The notes below the pieces were generated by a model. That model was not told the DNA's origin. It saw only the letters and a list, made by a program, of their open reading frames with translations, and did no database searches. This document shows positions 9,398 to 21,150 of a stretch of DNA of 64,000 bases, piece after piece. Each line of letters opens with the position of its first letter. The stretch's first letter is position 1. The position numbers and the translations under genes are program-made. Location: positions 248,001-312,000 of the IMG/VR virus record IMGVR_UViG_3300032770_000001; one strand, given 5' to 3'.

Positions 9398-10535
9398 TTT
9401 TCTCTTGCTCATGATCGTGCCAGTGCTGATCGCTCTGGCTACCCTGCTGGTCTTCAAGGGCAAGATTCTGCTTTGGGAATTCGGAGCGCAGGTCGGCGTT
9501 GTCGCCCTTGTGATCGGTATCGCTCTTGCTGCGGCGTATGAGGGACGGACCGAGGATGTCGAGGTTTGGAATGGGCAGGTCACCAGCCGCCAACGGCATG
9601 AAGTTTCTTGTTCCCACTCCTATTCCTGTAACTGCACCCCGGAGTACGACAGCAAGGGCAACTATACGGGAGAACACTGCGACACGTGCTATGAACACAA
9701 CTACGACGTGGATTGGACAGTGTACGCTTCGACCGGAGAGTCCGTTGATATCGAACGCGAAGATCGACAGGGTTTGATCGAACCGAAGCGGTGGGACGCC
9801 GCGTACCCCGGTGAACCGTGGGCATCGGAACATTCGTTCACGAATTACATCAAGGCAAACCCTGATTCCGTATTACTCGGTACCAAAGGCGACATGCAGA
9901 AGTGGGGCAAGCTGGTGCCGAAATACCCGGCAGATATCTACAACTATTACTACAACAACCCGGTCATCAACATGGGCGTCCCCGGCGTCAAGGTTGAGGA
10001 GTGGAACTGGCTGGTTCGTGAGATCAACAAGACTCTCGGACCGAAGAAGCAGGTTCACATCATCGTGATTCTGGTGCCGACTAACGACCGCAGTTACCTG
10101 TATGCCCTCAAAGATGCGTGGCTCGGCGGCAAGAAGAACGATGTGGACGTGGTCATCGGTTCACAGGACGGACAGACAATCGACTTCGCCGACGTGATGT
10201 CATGGAGCACGAACAAAGCTTTGACGGTGGAACTCCGTGACGACATCCAAGGCATCGGCAACCTGCTTCGCAAGGACGATATCGTTGCAGCCATCAATAC
10301 GCGAGTCAGTGCTGACTTCGTCCGGATGCACATGAAAGACATGAAATGGATCATGCGTTCGTACCAGCCCTCCTCGTCCACAATGATGTGGATTTTCATC
10401 GTTGGTACGATCCTGTCCGTTGGAATTTCAGTGTGGGCAGTCTACGCGGATTTAGGCGAAGATGATGTTGACCACGATTGGGGTCACCGTCGCTACGCCG
10501 CACGTTTCAAATTTGGGAACAGCTACTTCAATTAA
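9390..10535 (+). CDS. membrane protein (2 N-terminal TM, 1 C-terminal TM, extracytoplasmic domain)
   Basis: hydrophobic termini; CSHSYSCNC...CDTCYEH; WLGGKKNDV; adjacent to the LemA-like gene. Confidence 0.75.
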   Translation: MLNFLLLMIVPVLIALATLLVFKGKILLWEFGAQVGVVALVIGIALAAAYEGRTEDVEVWNGQVTSRQRHEVSCSHSYSCNCTPEYDSKGNYTGEHCDTCYEHNYDVDWTVYASTGESVDIEREDRQGLIEPKRWDAAYPGEPWASEHSFTNYIKANPDSVLLGTKGDMQKWGKLVPKYPADIYNYYYNNPVINMGVPGVKVEEWNWLVREINKTLGPKKQVHIIVILVPTNDRSYLYALKDAWLGGKKNDVDVVIGSQDGQTIDFADVMSWSTNKALTVELRDDIQGIGNLLRKDDIVAAINTRVSADFVRMHMKDMKWIMRSYQPSSSTMMWIFIVGTILSVGISVWAVYADLGEDDVDHDWGHRRYAARFKFGNSYFN

Positions 10536-10556
10536 ATCGAGTTCAGGAGAAAACAC

Positions 10557-11153
10557 ATGAAATACGCTCTGATCGTAATCGGGATTCTCGCGACACTTCT
10601 CGTCGTCGCCGGGATGGGTCTCGCCGTGGGTTACTGGAACTGGTCAAACGACTGCCGTACCGCCGAGCAGGAGATTCCGGGGCAGTACACCGAAATGCAG
10701 AATGCTTACGACAACGGCTGGAAGAAGGTCACTGAGATCGCTCAGGTGCCGCAGCAGCAGATGGACAACTACAAGACCATCTACGACGGCGTCATGAAGG
10801 GTCGCTACGGTGCTGACGGTTCCAAGGCGCTGCTCCAGTTCATCAAAGAACAGAACCCGACGCTTGACCCGGTTCTGTACACGAAGGTTCAGCAGACCAT
10901 CGAAATCTTCCACGACAGCTTTCAGGCGGCTCAGACAAAGTTGATCGCCGAGAAGGTCGCCTACAAGCAGTTGATGGACGTGGGCGCAGGTCGCGTTTAC
11001 AACATCTTCGGCAGCTATCCGCGTATCAAGATCGGCTACCCGGCTGGAACGCAGGATGACTTCCAGATTGTGACGAGCGACAAGACGCAGACCGACTTCC
11101 AGAATCACAAGTCGGCCCCACTAGACATCCGTCACCCTGAGAACAACAAGTAA
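10557..11153 (+). CDS. LemA-like membrane-anchored protein
   Basis: N-terminal TM followed by a helical domain; AGGAG RBS. Confidence 0.55.
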   Translation: MKYALIVIGILATLLVVAGMGLAVGYWNWSNDCRTAEQEIPGQYTEMQNAYDNGWKKVTEIAQVPQQQMDNYKTIYDGVMKGRYGADGSKALLQFIKEQNPTLDPVLYTKVQQTIEIFHDSFQAAQTKLIAEKVAYKQLMDVGAGRVYNIFGSYPRIKIGYPAGTQDDFQIVTSDKTQTDFQNHKSAPLDIRHPENNK

Positions 11154-11405
11154 TGCCTACCGTTAAGACGCCTGCCAAGGTCAAAGTTTTCACGGGCGGT
11201 GAGGATATCGTCCTCGATGGCACAGTTGAACCCCTTCTAATCGAAGGGGTTCAACCCATCTATGACGGTGCGAAAGTCCAACTCTTTCACGCCGGACGTG
11301 TTTGGTGGTTACACTACGGGTTCGACCACAACACTGGCGGCTTCAAATCAAAAAAAGCTGCGATTCATTGGTTTGAGCACGGCGGCAGATAGTATTAGTC
11401 AGTGT

Positions 11406-12056
11406 ATGAGCACTGACGTTGGATTCAAGAAAACCGCAGAAGCAGAACACCACTACAGCACAGGGATGCAACGCGACAATCGCGTCGGTAAGGGTGCCCT
11501 CCATTGGCTCCCGTGGGACGCCGTCCGGTTGGTATCCACCATCTACGAGCACGGCAACAAAGGTCGCAGCAACGTAAACCTCCGTCCTAACAAGGACGGC
11601 AAGGACCGCAATTGGGAGAACGGCGGCGACATCGATGACTTCTACCAGTCAGCCCTGAACCACATTTCAGCCTTTCTCGCAGGTGATCGAAGCGAAGCGC
11701 ATATCCCGCAGGCGATATGGAACCTGCTCAACGGGCTCCAAATGTCGATTTGGGTGTATCTGGGATACCGTTCTCAAGAGCACAACACTTTGACGGATGC
11801 ACGCCACGGCTGGAAGCCCGGTGACCCATACGTCTCTGTGTTGGCACCCATTGAGATCGAACGCCTCAAGTTTTTCGGCGTAATCCCAAAGGACTATGAA
11901 CCCGCTCCGAGTGTCAATGAACCTGAATCTCAGCCGGAGGAACCAACCCCGGCACCAGAGCCGACACCCGCACTCAAGGAATTGATGCAGGAACCTGCTC
12001 CGACCGTGGTCAAGAAGAACATCAAGAAGTTCGAGGAAGGTGAGGACGAACTGTAA
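11406..12056 (+). CDS. DUF5664 / dATP-dGTP diphosphohydrolase-like protein
   Basis: GMQRD..GKGALHWLP, RNWENG, SALNH, EAHIPQAIWN. Confidence 0.75.
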   Translation: MSTDVGFKKTAEAEHHYSTGMQRDNRVGKGALHWLPWDAVRLVSTIYEHGNKGRSNVNLRPNKDGKDRNWENGGDIDDFYQSALNHISAFLAGDRSEAHIPQAIWNLLNGLQMSIWVYLGYRSQEHNTLTDARHGWKPGDPYVSVLAPIEIERLKFFGVIPKDYEPAPSVNEPESQPEEPTPAPEPTPALKELMQEPAPTVVKKNIKKFEEGEDEL

Positions 12057-12477
12057 TGGACGGCATCGAACTCACGCAACCAGCAGCAACTTACTGGGTT
12101 GTCGCTCTCTACAATGAGAAGTCGGAGATGATCTTCGGTGTCAAACTGGATGGTTCAGTTGAGTTCGGACCGGGGTTCACAACCAAGGACGAGGCGGCTC
12201 GTGAGTTCTGGAAGCTTTTAGGACGGCATTATCCGATCTACGTCAACGAGACATACATCAAGGCAGGCGCATAAATGATAGAAAATGAAAACTTACTGGA
12301 TGCTCAACGTTACCGATGGTTGCGAACCCATTTAGAGTTCATCAACTTTGCAGGAGGTCATGTTTTTGACGAGATTAAAGGTTCAGTTCATTCGGGCTTC
12401 TTAACTTGTGACACCTGTGATGTGGGGCTTGATTATGCGATTGACAAACGAATTGCAGCCGAGAAAGGAAATGCATA

Positions 12478-12876
12478 ATGGGATTCTCTTTTGAAGAAGC
12501 ATTCAAACATCTGGACGGCACCAAGCTGACCTACAGCACCCTCATGGACGAGGTTATCGCTGTGCGTCGGAAATATCTTGGCGACCTCGCTCCGGAGATC
12601 AATTCTCATGACATGTTTTTCCAGCTTATGCAAATGGGCTGGATCAGCTTCCCGGACGACGGAAGTTCGGGCGGCAATGAGACTTGTATCTTCGCAATCT
12701 GTGAAGATGTCCGTAAGGTTCGGGAGCGCATCGAGACCTACAAGCGGGACTTCATCACTGAACAGGCGAAACGATTCCTCCAAGAGGAGGAAGAGGACGG
12801 GCAGTTTTACCCCCACGATGTCAAGGTGGAGGAATACCGCACGGCAGTCCAAGAAGTCGCGGCTGGAAATTTCTAG
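12478..12876 (+). CDS. hypothetical protein
   Basis: 132-aa ORF coupled to the upstream stop. Confidence 0.6.
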   Translation: MGFSFEEAFKHLDGTKLTYSTLMDEVIAVRRKYLGDLAPEINSHDMFFQLMQMGWISFPDDGSSGGNETCIFAICEDVRKVRERIETYKRDFITEQAKRFLQEEEEDGQFYPHDVKVEEYRTAVQEVAAGNF

Positions 12877-13366
12877 CTTCTGGAGCCTTTATTGAGGGCT
12901 CTCATGGGCAATCCCCTACTCGATAAACAAGCAAATCCCGCAGCTACCGCTGTCAACAACGCTGGGACCGGACACGAAGAGATCGAAGGCAATCCCCTGT
13001 TCGATCACCGGGTGGGTGTGGTTGATGGTGGGTTGGGTCGCCGTCCTGATTACGGCGAGAAATCGGCTTGCGGCAACCGGGGCGGCTATACGGGCTGGTT
13101 CGAGATCGAAGCTGAAAAGGAAGCCTCCGATATCAAAGCAGAGTATGGAATAGCGGTACAGGCGGACGCCAAAGTCGCCTCGATCCAAACCCAGATGTTC
13201 GTCTCCGGAGCCGACTGGGACGGTCTAAAGCTTAAGCAAGCCCACCTGACAGCCGACCTGACCAAGGCCGTTTATCTGCCGTGGTTTACTGCTCGTCAAA
13301 TCGCCCGTGAACTGCCCAAAATGAACTCCGGGCTCCGTACATCGTTGATTTCTAAGGCATAAAACC

Positions 13367-13396
13367 TAGACTTTTACCCGGCGAAGCTGGTAGAAT
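13367..13396 (+). promoter_or_regulatory. phage promoter (probably leaderless transcript)
   Basis: TAGACT-N18-TAGAAT with CTGG extension; ATG 8 nt downstream. Confidence 0.65.
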
Positions 13397-13404
13397 ATAG
13401 GTAC

Positions 13405-14094
13405 ATGACACGTTTAGAGAGAGCTATCCTCTTCGCTACCACCGCTTTTGACACCAAAGGCGGAACCATCAAGAAATACATCGATGAAGATGGGATGCCG
13501 AAGATCGTCCACTGCCTCGAAGTGATGTTCGCGGTGAAGCAACTCATTGAGCGCGATCCTTCCATAATCCCTGACGGCTGTACAGCCGACGACCTTCTCG
13601 TCGCTGCCGTCCTGCACGACGTTGTCGAGGACACCAAGTTCACGAAGGAAGATATCGCACGCGAGTTCGGCGACGTGGTTGCGGAACTGGTTGATGGTGT
13701 CAGCCGCCGTGAGCACTCTCATTCCACTTGCAAGGTTGCGAAGTGCTCCGAGCACAAGGAATTCTATCGCGATTTCATCTATCGCGCCGGGGAGAAGGTC
13801 GGGACGACCATTATCAAAATCGCCGACCTGACAGTGAACCGTAAGCGCACGCACAAGATCAAGGACTTGAAGTGGCGCGACAAACTGGAGTTCAAATACG
13901 ACACCGCCCTGAAAGTTCTCACTGAGGAAATTTCGTGGGAAGAGGCATCGTGGGGCTGGCACTGCGGTGATTTCGGTGGTAAGATCGGTTCCGAAGGCGG
14001 TTACTTCACCGTAGCAGACCCGAATGGGAAGAAGCTGCGGCTGACTACGGAAGAGTTCGAGAAGTACACCGGACGAAAGGTCACAACATTATGA
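13405..14094 (+). CDS. HD-domain hydrolase, RelA/SpoT (Mesh1-like) (p)ppGpp hydrolase family
   Basis: HCLEV, AAVLHDVVEDT, FGDVVAELVDGVS, IKIAD. Confidence 0.85.
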   Translation: MTRLERAILFATTAFDTKGGTIKKYIDEDGMPKIVHCLEVMFAVKQLIERDPSIIPDGCTADDLLVAAVLHDVVEDTKFTKEDIAREFGDVVAELVDGVSRREHSHSTCKVAKCSEHKEFYRDFIYRAGEKVGTTIIKIADLTVNRKRTHKIKDLKWRDKLEFKYDTALKVLTEEISWEEASWGWHCGDFGGKIGSEGGYFTVADPNGKKLRLTTEEFEKYTGRKVTTL

Positions 14095-15537
14095 GAGTCG
14101 TACAGCTTGGCGGTCTCACAGTCGTCGGCATGAGCGAAGAGCAAGAAGTTTTCATGCGCAAGCGTGAAGCTTTCGTCGAACGCTGGATGAAGGAACACGG
14201 TCTGACAAAAGAGACCGCGACCATCAAACAGATTCTTGAAATGCGCCAAGAAGAAGGGTGGAAGAATCCCCAATGAAAACCCTGAGCGTCAACCGCTTCA
14301 TCTGTCAACGTACCGGGCGTATCTTCGATACCGAAGCGGCCTGCCGCGTGTCTGAAAACAAATTCCCCGCCAAGAAAATCAAACAGTTGTTCGACCGCAT
14401 CATGCGAGGCAAGTATTGGGTGCCGAAAGTCGGCGATCTTGTCTATGTGCCGACGATGATGTCCATCGATCATGGCGAGGATGACGTGCAGGGTGGACGT
14501 GCAATGGTCACCCGCGTTTACAAAAACATGAGCGGCGGCGACAAGGACTGCATCTTTATCGAAATCGCGCAGCATGATCGCGGCGGCAATTGGACGCAGT
14601 TCCTTTTCCCGGAACAGAAGCAACTGATGCATCGCTTCAAGGACATGGTCGCCCGTCCCGATCCTGATTACGGTCCGAGCGATCCCAACGGAGGATGGAG
14701 CTAATGGAAACTCGTGAACAACATTTGAACTGGTGCAAAGAACGTGCGCTGGCGATTCTGAACACTGGTGATATCGCCGGAGCCTATGCTTCAATGGCAT
14801 CCGATCTCCGCAAACACCCGGAAACCGAGGATCACATCGCTATCGGTCTAGGGATGTCGCTTTTGTTCGGTGGACACCTGAACACAACCAACGAGATGCG
14901 CAAATTCATCGAAGGCTTCAACTGAGCCTGCACTGGCAGAAAGACCTGCCGCACAAGTTCGTCTGGCGATGGGCGACTTGGATGCGCCGGGAATACAAAC
15001 GACAGCAGAGAATGCGAAATGAGTCGAGGCAGCAAGGTTCATCCGAAGGGCGAATTCGATATCCGCTATCCGGCTGTCGAGAAATTTGAGCAGTTCTGCG
15101 CTAACCTGCGGTCGCACATGAGGGCGCACGATAAGGGCGATCTCAAGAATGCACAGATCATTTATCGCCGAGCCGTGGGATACGCTTACGAGCGAACCAA
15201 GTCGGCGGTAGAGGCAATGAACCCGAACGATTTTACAGACGTGATGACTCCGGCGTGGAGGCAGTTCCGATTTAATCACGGCGAGTTATCCCGGCTGATT
15301 AGCAAGTACAGATTCATCAAGCAAGAGGACATCAAGATATGAGCCATCTCGCCGATCCCGAAACACAGCCACTCTGGAACAAGGTCATCGACATGTGCGG
15401 CGGTGACTATGACCAAGCCGTGACGTTCATTTGCCGCCTGCGGGAGTTGGTATGTGTTGTCGATCCGTCACGTGGCGAAGATGTCACCAATGCGATTCGC
15501 CGTGCGCAGTACGAAGAGGCTCTTGAGGAGGCTCTGT

Positions 15538-17652
15538 TTGACTAACTCAATCGACAACCCGGCAGTCATTGCGCGTATTCGGCAGCTTAATACCGAACTG
15601 GAACTGGCACGCGAGGCTTATTACAAGTCGGCTACGCCGATCATGTCGGACGCTGAATACGACAAGAAGGAAAAGAACCTTCGCGATATCGTGAAATCAA
15701 GCCCGTGGCTGGCCGAATTTGCTCCGGTATTGACTACGGTCGGTAACGATCTGATGCCTGCCGCAGGGCGTATTCGTCATAGCCGCCCCATGCTCTCCAT
15801 CGAGAACAAATACGAGAAGTCCGAGATCGATGATTTCCAGAAGAACGTATTGCATGGCGAAGCAATGCTTCTGGAGCCGAAACGTGACGGCATTTCCTGC
15901 GAACTTCGCTACCGCGAGGGCAAGCTGCAACTGGCATTGACACGTGGTTCCGGCTCCGAGGGCGAGGATATCACGGCTCAGATTCGTGTGCTGAGAGACA
16001 TCCCGAAAGAGATCAAGTATAGTGACGCATTCCCGCATAGCCTTGATGTGCGCGGTGAACTGGTCATGCGCAAGTCCGAACTGGAGCGCCTGAACAAGAT
16101 CGCCCGTGAGAAGGGCGGCAAGGAATATCAGTCCACTCGCAATTTGGTTGCTGGCACCGTCAAGTTGAAGGACATGAACGAAGTTGCCAAGCGTGAGATT
16201 CTGTTTATCCCGTGGGAGATGACCGGGGATGGGCAACTGTCGGATAGTGGCTATGTCCGTATGACCATGTTGGCAAGTGCAGGCTTCGCCAAGTACGAGG
16301 GCTATCTGGTCGATCCAGCCGACAGCACCGACGTTATTAAGGTGCTCGATCACATCCTGAAAGAGAACGAGCAATCACAGATCGTGGCTGATGGCGTAGT
16401 CGCCAAAGCTGACAGCATGAAGCTGCGCAAGGAACTCGGCGGCGGCACCAAGTTCGCTAACTATCAAGTTTGTTACAAACCGCAGACCGACTTCGCTACG
16501 ACCTACTTGCGCAAGATCGTGTGGCAGACCGGGCGCTCCGGCAAACTGACCCCGGTCGGCGAGTGCGACCCGGTTCCTTTGGCGGGGGCGGTGGTGACCC
16601 GTGCAACCCTCAATAATCTCAGTTTTATTGAGGAAATGGGACTCAAATTGAACGCCAAAGTGAAGATGCTTCGCTCTGGCGGCGTAATCCCGGAGATCGA
16701 CGGAGTCATCGAAGAGGGCGACACCGCAATTAAAGCACCCGGACATTGTCCGGAGTGCGGCAGCATTATCGTTGCCGAGACAGATGAGCGCAGCGGCATC
16801 CTGACGCACTGGTGTCAGAACGTCGAGTGCCCCGGTCGCGTCTCCGATCTGTTCTATTTCATCGGCGGACGAGGCGTGCTGGAGATTGACGGACTCGGCC
16901 CGGAAATGGCTTTGAAGATCGTCAAGGATGGCTACGCCCGAAATATCGGCGAACTTTTCGAATTCCAGACTGAGGCAATGGAAGGCATCAAGACACACGG
17001 CGAAGAGAACTTCGACCGCCGTATGGCGAAACGCGGCTTCTCTGTCGTGTTCCGTAAGATGGTGCAGTCGATGGAACTCGCCAAAAAGAAAGATTGGGAT
17101 CGCTGGATTATGGCTCTCGGTATCCCCATGATCGGTGGGTCGCTTTCCAAGGTTCTGGCGACGAAGTTGGAATTGATGCCGGAGTCGATGAAGTACCTGA
17201 CCGCCCGATTGCTCGATGTTGAGGGCATGGAGATCGAAGGCATCGGTTTCCACAAAAAGCAGATGATTCTGGATTGGGCGAAGGATAGTCAGAATCGCAA
17301 GATTTGCGAGGCTCTGTATAACGCCGGGGTTGCTCCCAAGGCTCCTGAGAAAGTACAGGTGGTTGCCGGGGAGCCGCTTAAGAACGTGGTGTTCGTCATC
17401 ACTGGCGAGTTCAGTGAGGATCGTGAGAAAATCACGGCAAAACTGGTAAAACTTGGTGCTACATCAAAGTCTGGTGTATCATCGAAGGTGAACCTGTTGA
17501 TCGTCGGGGAAGCCCCCGGCAAGACCAAGACAACCAAGGCGAAAGAACTTGGGATTCAACAGGTCGGCAAGGACTGGCTGGTCAACGTGCTTCGCGAGAA
17601 CGGCATGGAATTGTCCGGCTCCGGGCTCGATTTTGAAATGGACGAGGCGTAA
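15538..17652 (+). CDS. ligA: NAD-dependent DNA ligase
   Basis: MSDAEYD, RPMLSI, EPKRDG (KxDG), TRG, VRGE, GRSGKLTPV, zinc finger, C-terminal BRCT; TTG start after GAGGAG. Confidence 0.95.
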   Translation: MTNSIDNPAVIARIRQLNTELELAREAYYKSATPIMSDAEYDKKEKNLRDIVKSSPWLAEFAPVLTTVGNDLMPAAGRIRHSRPMLSIENKYEKSEIDDFQKNVLHGEAMLLEPKRDGISCELRYREGKLQLALTRGSGSEGEDITAQIRVLRDIPKEIKYSDAFPHSLDVRGELVMRKSELERLNKIAREKGGKEYQSTRNLVAGTVKLKDMNEVAKREILFIPWEMTGDGQLSDSGYVRMTMLASAGFAKYEGYLVDPADSTDVIKVLDHILKENEQSQIVADGVVAKADSMKLRKELGGGTKFANYQVCYKPQTDFATTYLRKIVWQTGRSGKLTPVGECDPVPLAGAVVTRATLNNLSFIEEMGLKLNAKVKMLRSGGVIPEIDGVIEEGDTAIKAPGHCPECGSIIVAETDERSGILTHWCQNVECPGRVSDLFYFIGGRGVLEIDGLGPEMALKIVKDGYARNIGELFEFQTEAMEGIKTHGEENFDRRMAKRGFSVVFRKMVQSMELAKKKDWDRWIMALGIPMIGGSLSKVLATKLELMPESMKYLTARLLDVEGMEIEGIGFHKKQMILDWAKDSQNRKICEALYNAGVAPKAPEKVQVVAGEPLKNVVFVITGEFSEDREKITAKLVKLGATSKSGVSSKVNLLIVGEAPGKTKTTKAKELGIQQVGKDWLVNVLRENGMELSGSGLDFEMDEA

Positions 17653-17653
17653 C

Positions 17654-17995
17654 ATGAAGAGCGAAAGCACATACGTTGTCGGCACGACGGACTACTACGG
17701 TGAGTACCAAGCGGTGATGAAGCAATCCGCCGTGGGGAAAAGTTTCCATGAGTTCACAAAAGAGGACACGATCCCTATCAAGAGCGGTGACAAACTGATC
17801 GTCCGTTGGCCTGACGGCAAGTTCACGACCGAAACGATTCGTGTGCGCGACTATCGTAGTTCGGCGAAAGTGGATATGTTCGCCCCACCGGATCAATTTA
17901 CCGCCCGTGTGTTGGAGGTTGTCCGCAATATCCATGGGCAAGACGTGTTCATTCCTTTGAAGAAAGGGCAGAAAGTTCGCCTTTCCCGGAGCTAA
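17654..17995 (+). CDS. hypothetical protein
   Basis: GAGG RBS; in operon. Confidence 0.6.
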   Translation: MKSESTYVVGTTDYYGEYQAVMKQSAVGKSFHEFTKEDTIPIKSGDKLIVRWPDGKFTTETIRVRDYRSSAKVDMFAPPDQFTARVLEVVRNIHGQDVFIPLKKGQKVRLSRS

Positions 17996-17996
17996 T

Positions 17997-18791
17997 ATGG
18001 CAGAAACCGCCACATACCCGCTCACCGCTAAACTCCAGAAAGAGGGGGCCGAGTGGTATTCCATGAGGGGCTTTAGCAAGTTCGATGACGCCCGTGATTT
18101 TATCCTCAAAGAACTCCGCGAGGGCCGAGCAGATAAAGGCATCATGTTGGCTGAGGTTCCCGGCGATCCCACTCCCACCGAACTCCACTACCGGGCGTTC
18201 ACCGATCCCATGCGTGGACGCACCGTGCTTGGCGGTGTATGCACGGCTGAGGACGCCGATCAATACATGGCGGAAGTCAAAGCGGCTTACGTCCGTCCGG
18301 TGTTCTCTCCTCGCGAACTCTTCGAAATGAAGGGCATCGACAAGTACCCGGCTGGCAGCCTACTTGGGTTGGAAAAATACCTCTGCGAGGACGGCATTGA
18401 CCTGCCTTACGACGCATGGGAAAAGATTGAGACTGAGGGTCGCATCGATATGCGTTTTCTCGTCTCCGAGGACATGGGCAGCGATGAAACGCTGGAGATC
18501 GCCACGGTTCGGTTTATCCCGGAGGAAATCAGCCGTATTCCGGTGATGATTTGCACTCATTGCGGAGAAGATGAAGCAGACCGCTACATCGTCAATGCGG
18601 ACGCTTTTGCCCGTATGGTCTCCTACCTGCGCTCGTTCATGGAACGGGAGGAAGATCAAAAACCTTATGTGACCGACATGGACAAGAAACTCCCGGTCTT
18701 AACAGAGTTTGGCGGCTACACTATCCACGACTGGTACGACACCGAAAAGCAACAACGAAAAGAGACGAATCCCCACTCAAGACTCCGTTGA
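17997..18791 (+). CDS. hypothetical protein
   Basis: 264-aa ORF with GGAG RBS. Confidence 0.7.
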   Translation: MAETATYPLTAKLQKEGAEWYSMRGFSKFDDARDFILKELREGRADKGIMLAEVPGDPTPTELHYRAFTDPMRGRTVLGGVCTAEDADQYMAEVKAAYVRPVFSPRELFEMKGIDKYPAGSLLGLEKYLCEDGIDLPYDAWEKIETEGRIDMRFLVSEDMGSDETLEIATVRFIPEEISRIPVMICTHCGEDEADRYIVNADAFARMVSYLRSFMEREEDQKPYVTDMDKKLPVLTEFGGYTIHDWYDTEKQQRKETNPHSRLR

Positions 18792-18835
18792 CGAAACCAC
18801 CCCTACGACGTTAAAGTGGGGTATGGGAGCCTATA

Positions 18836-19492
18836 ATGTTCAAAGTCAGCTATCACTCTTGGCACTCGGAACTCTACCACTGGTGGTATGAGAAAAAATA
18901 CGGGCATCCGAAAGCGCAGCCCGTCAGCAACCTCTGTCCGTACATGCGTGTCGTTCTGTTCTGGGCACCGCTGCGTATCCTGTTCTGGGATTGGGTCGAA
19001 GTGTTTGGCATTCCGACTTACCTGATCTCTTTCCCGACAATTCTTGCTGCGATCCCGATCATTGGGTACCTGCGAGGTCACCACAAATTTGCTGCCCGCA
19101 TGTGGGAAATCTACGGGCTCAGTATCGCCATAATTTTGGCGTTTATTCTGCTCATTTACATCATCGCTTCCATCGAACGTTGGGCGAAGCGCCGTAAGGC
19201 TAATCGCGTAGAGAAGCCGCCGAAACCGCCCGGAGTTTTCTGGCCGATGGTGGGTGCTTACATGAAGTCCGGGCACGACCGTATCTGCCCGGAGATTTGC
19301 TTTATCGGTGCACCTGAACCCCCATGTCCCGATCCCGGCCCGGAGCCATATTGCGACTACGGCGACGAACCGCCCCATGAAGGTTGTGGCTGTCCGCTCT
19401 GCCTTGAACAGGAAAAGAACAAAGCCATCGACGAGATTCTCAACGACAAGGATAAACCGCAAAACTGCGGCGGTGAGGGGAACATCGATTAA
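18836..19492 (+). CDS. membrane protein with Pro/Cys-rich tail
   Basis: two TM segments; GGAG RBS. Confidence 0.65.
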   Translation: MFKVSYHSWHSELYHWWYEKKYGHPKAQPVSNLCPYMRVVLFWAPLRILFWDWVEVFGIPTYLISFPTILAAIPIIGYLRGHHKFAARMWEIYGLSIAIILAFILLIYIIASIERWAKRRKANRVEKPPKPPGVFWPMVGAYMKSGHDRICPEICFIGAPEPPCPDPGPEPYCDYGDEPPHEGCGCPLCLEQEKNKAIDEILNDKDKPQNCGGEGNID

Positions 19493-19921
19493 ATGGCGAA
19501 CTACACCGTAGGATACAAAGCGTTCCGTGTGGGAGAAGATGGGCAGCTTCGTTTCCTATTCCACAGCTACCGGGAGCCCGGTGCCGACAAGGGTTCCAGC
19601 ATCGTTCCGCTTGATCGTTGGATCACGACCAAACGTCCGTGGGGGCGTGAGGCTCAGGGCAAGAAATATCGCCTTGCCTTCCACTTTCTGCGATACGAGA
19701 GGGACATCGCCGCGTTTCAAAAGCTGACAAAGCACAAGTATCTAGTGCTTCCCGTGCACGTCCGTAAGATCGAGCCGAAGCCGCGTACCAGCGTAGGATC
19801 GTGGTTAGCGGTCGAGATTCGCGTGCCATCCGCCCACGTTGCCAAGGCGAAAGCCGAATGGCACCTGACGCATACGCCTCGTCCCGGTAAGCGGGTGAAG
19901 GCGATAGGAGCAGCAGCATGA
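19493..19921 (+). CDS. hypothetical basic protein
   Basis: in-operon ORF. Confidence 0.6.
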   Translation: MANYTVGYKAFRVGEDGQLRFLFHSYREPGADKGSSIVPLDRWITTKRPWGREAQGKKYRLAFHFLRYERDIAAFQKLTKHKYLVLPVHVRKIEPKPRTSVGSWLAVEIRVPSAHVAKAKAEWHLTHTPRPGKRVKAIGAAA

Positions 19922-20233
19922 ACACTGAAGCGACGAAAATTCCTGAATTCAACGAAAGCGTCGTCATGAAGTACGCCGGGGATTTCATGCATCTCGGCGA
20001 TGTGGCACAATACTACGATCCGACAGTCTGTCCGGAGTTTTTCGCACTGTCCGCCCAACTCAAGTTTTTCGCAGGTCTCATGCCTGCGGATATCACGGCG
20101 GCAGACTTACACAACCGTCTGACGGAACTGCGTCAAAAGGTGTTGGTTGCACAGGATCGTCTGAATGCGATTCTCGATGCGGTCGATACCGCACGTACAC
20201 AAGTTCGCAAGGAAATCCAACACTGAGGTTACT

Positions 20234-20770
20234 ATGCCAGACCTACGTCCACGGGTAGACGACCAAGAGTTGTCGCCCAAAGCAAAACGCAATCTCCTCA
20301 TCACCATCGCTATTCTGTTCGTAGCGGTTGTGGGGTTCTGCCTGTTCTTAAATAAGGACACGCGCATCATCGGTCAGGGTACACCGGAAACTCTAATTAT
20401 GAAGCCGATTCAAAGTGCAACTATCGGAGCGAATGGTCTCGTCTGTGTTGAGATGCTTCCCGACCGCACTTTTTATGACCCGACCGCAGAAAAAGGGATT
20501 GAACAGCACTGCACACCCATCGAAAATGCATGGGTCTTGGTCAACAAGAAACCTGAGGTCGATGGTACTGTCGCCACGATTCAATTGCTCCATGACGCCC
20601 CGAATCCTTACGGCATGGATCATTACACTGCGACCAAGAGCATCCTGATTCTGGTGCGTACTGAGAAAGAACGCGAACAGTATCAGGACGTTTTGGACGC
20701 GGTTCAAACTCGTCTGTTTAAGGAACGGGATGTTGCTTTGACAGACCTGACCCAACAGTCAGCGAACTAA
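20234..20770 (+). CDS. single-TM hypothetical protein
   Basis: GAGGT RBS; TM helix LLITIAILFVAVVGFCLFL. Confidence 0.65.
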   Translation: MPDLRPRVDDQELSPKAKRNLLITIAILFVAVVGFCLFLNKDTRIIGQGTPETLIMKPIQSATIGANGLVCVEMLPDRTFYDPTAEKGIEQHCTPIENAWVLVNKKPEVDGTVATIQLLHDAPNPYGMDHYTATKSILILVRTEKEREQYQDVLDAVQTRLFKERDVALTDLTQQSAN

Positions 20771-21150
20771 TGTCCAAAGAGACCAAAAAGAAGGCGCAAT
20801 GCCCGTCCTGCCGGAATGAGAGCAAGGGCGAGAGAAGGTACTATTGCCACGCGGTGAACTGCACGTGGTGTGGCGGCAGCAACTTTCACATTTGCTACGA
20901 TCCTTGGCACGGAGACGTGAGTGTCGTGGTAGAGTCCTCGGCTCCGAAATCGGCCCCGAAGAAAAAGGTTAAAACAGAAGCGGAAGCCGTTTTGGATATG
21001 GACGTAGACTACTTCTTAGATTCGGTGATCTGATGCGTGGGTTCTTTCGACAAGTCGCAATCCTGATCCGGGAACTCCGCTCCCGAACCCGCTGCATCAT
21101 CTGCGGCGAGAAGTACGAGGGACTGGCTCAGGACTGTAGGTGTACAAACT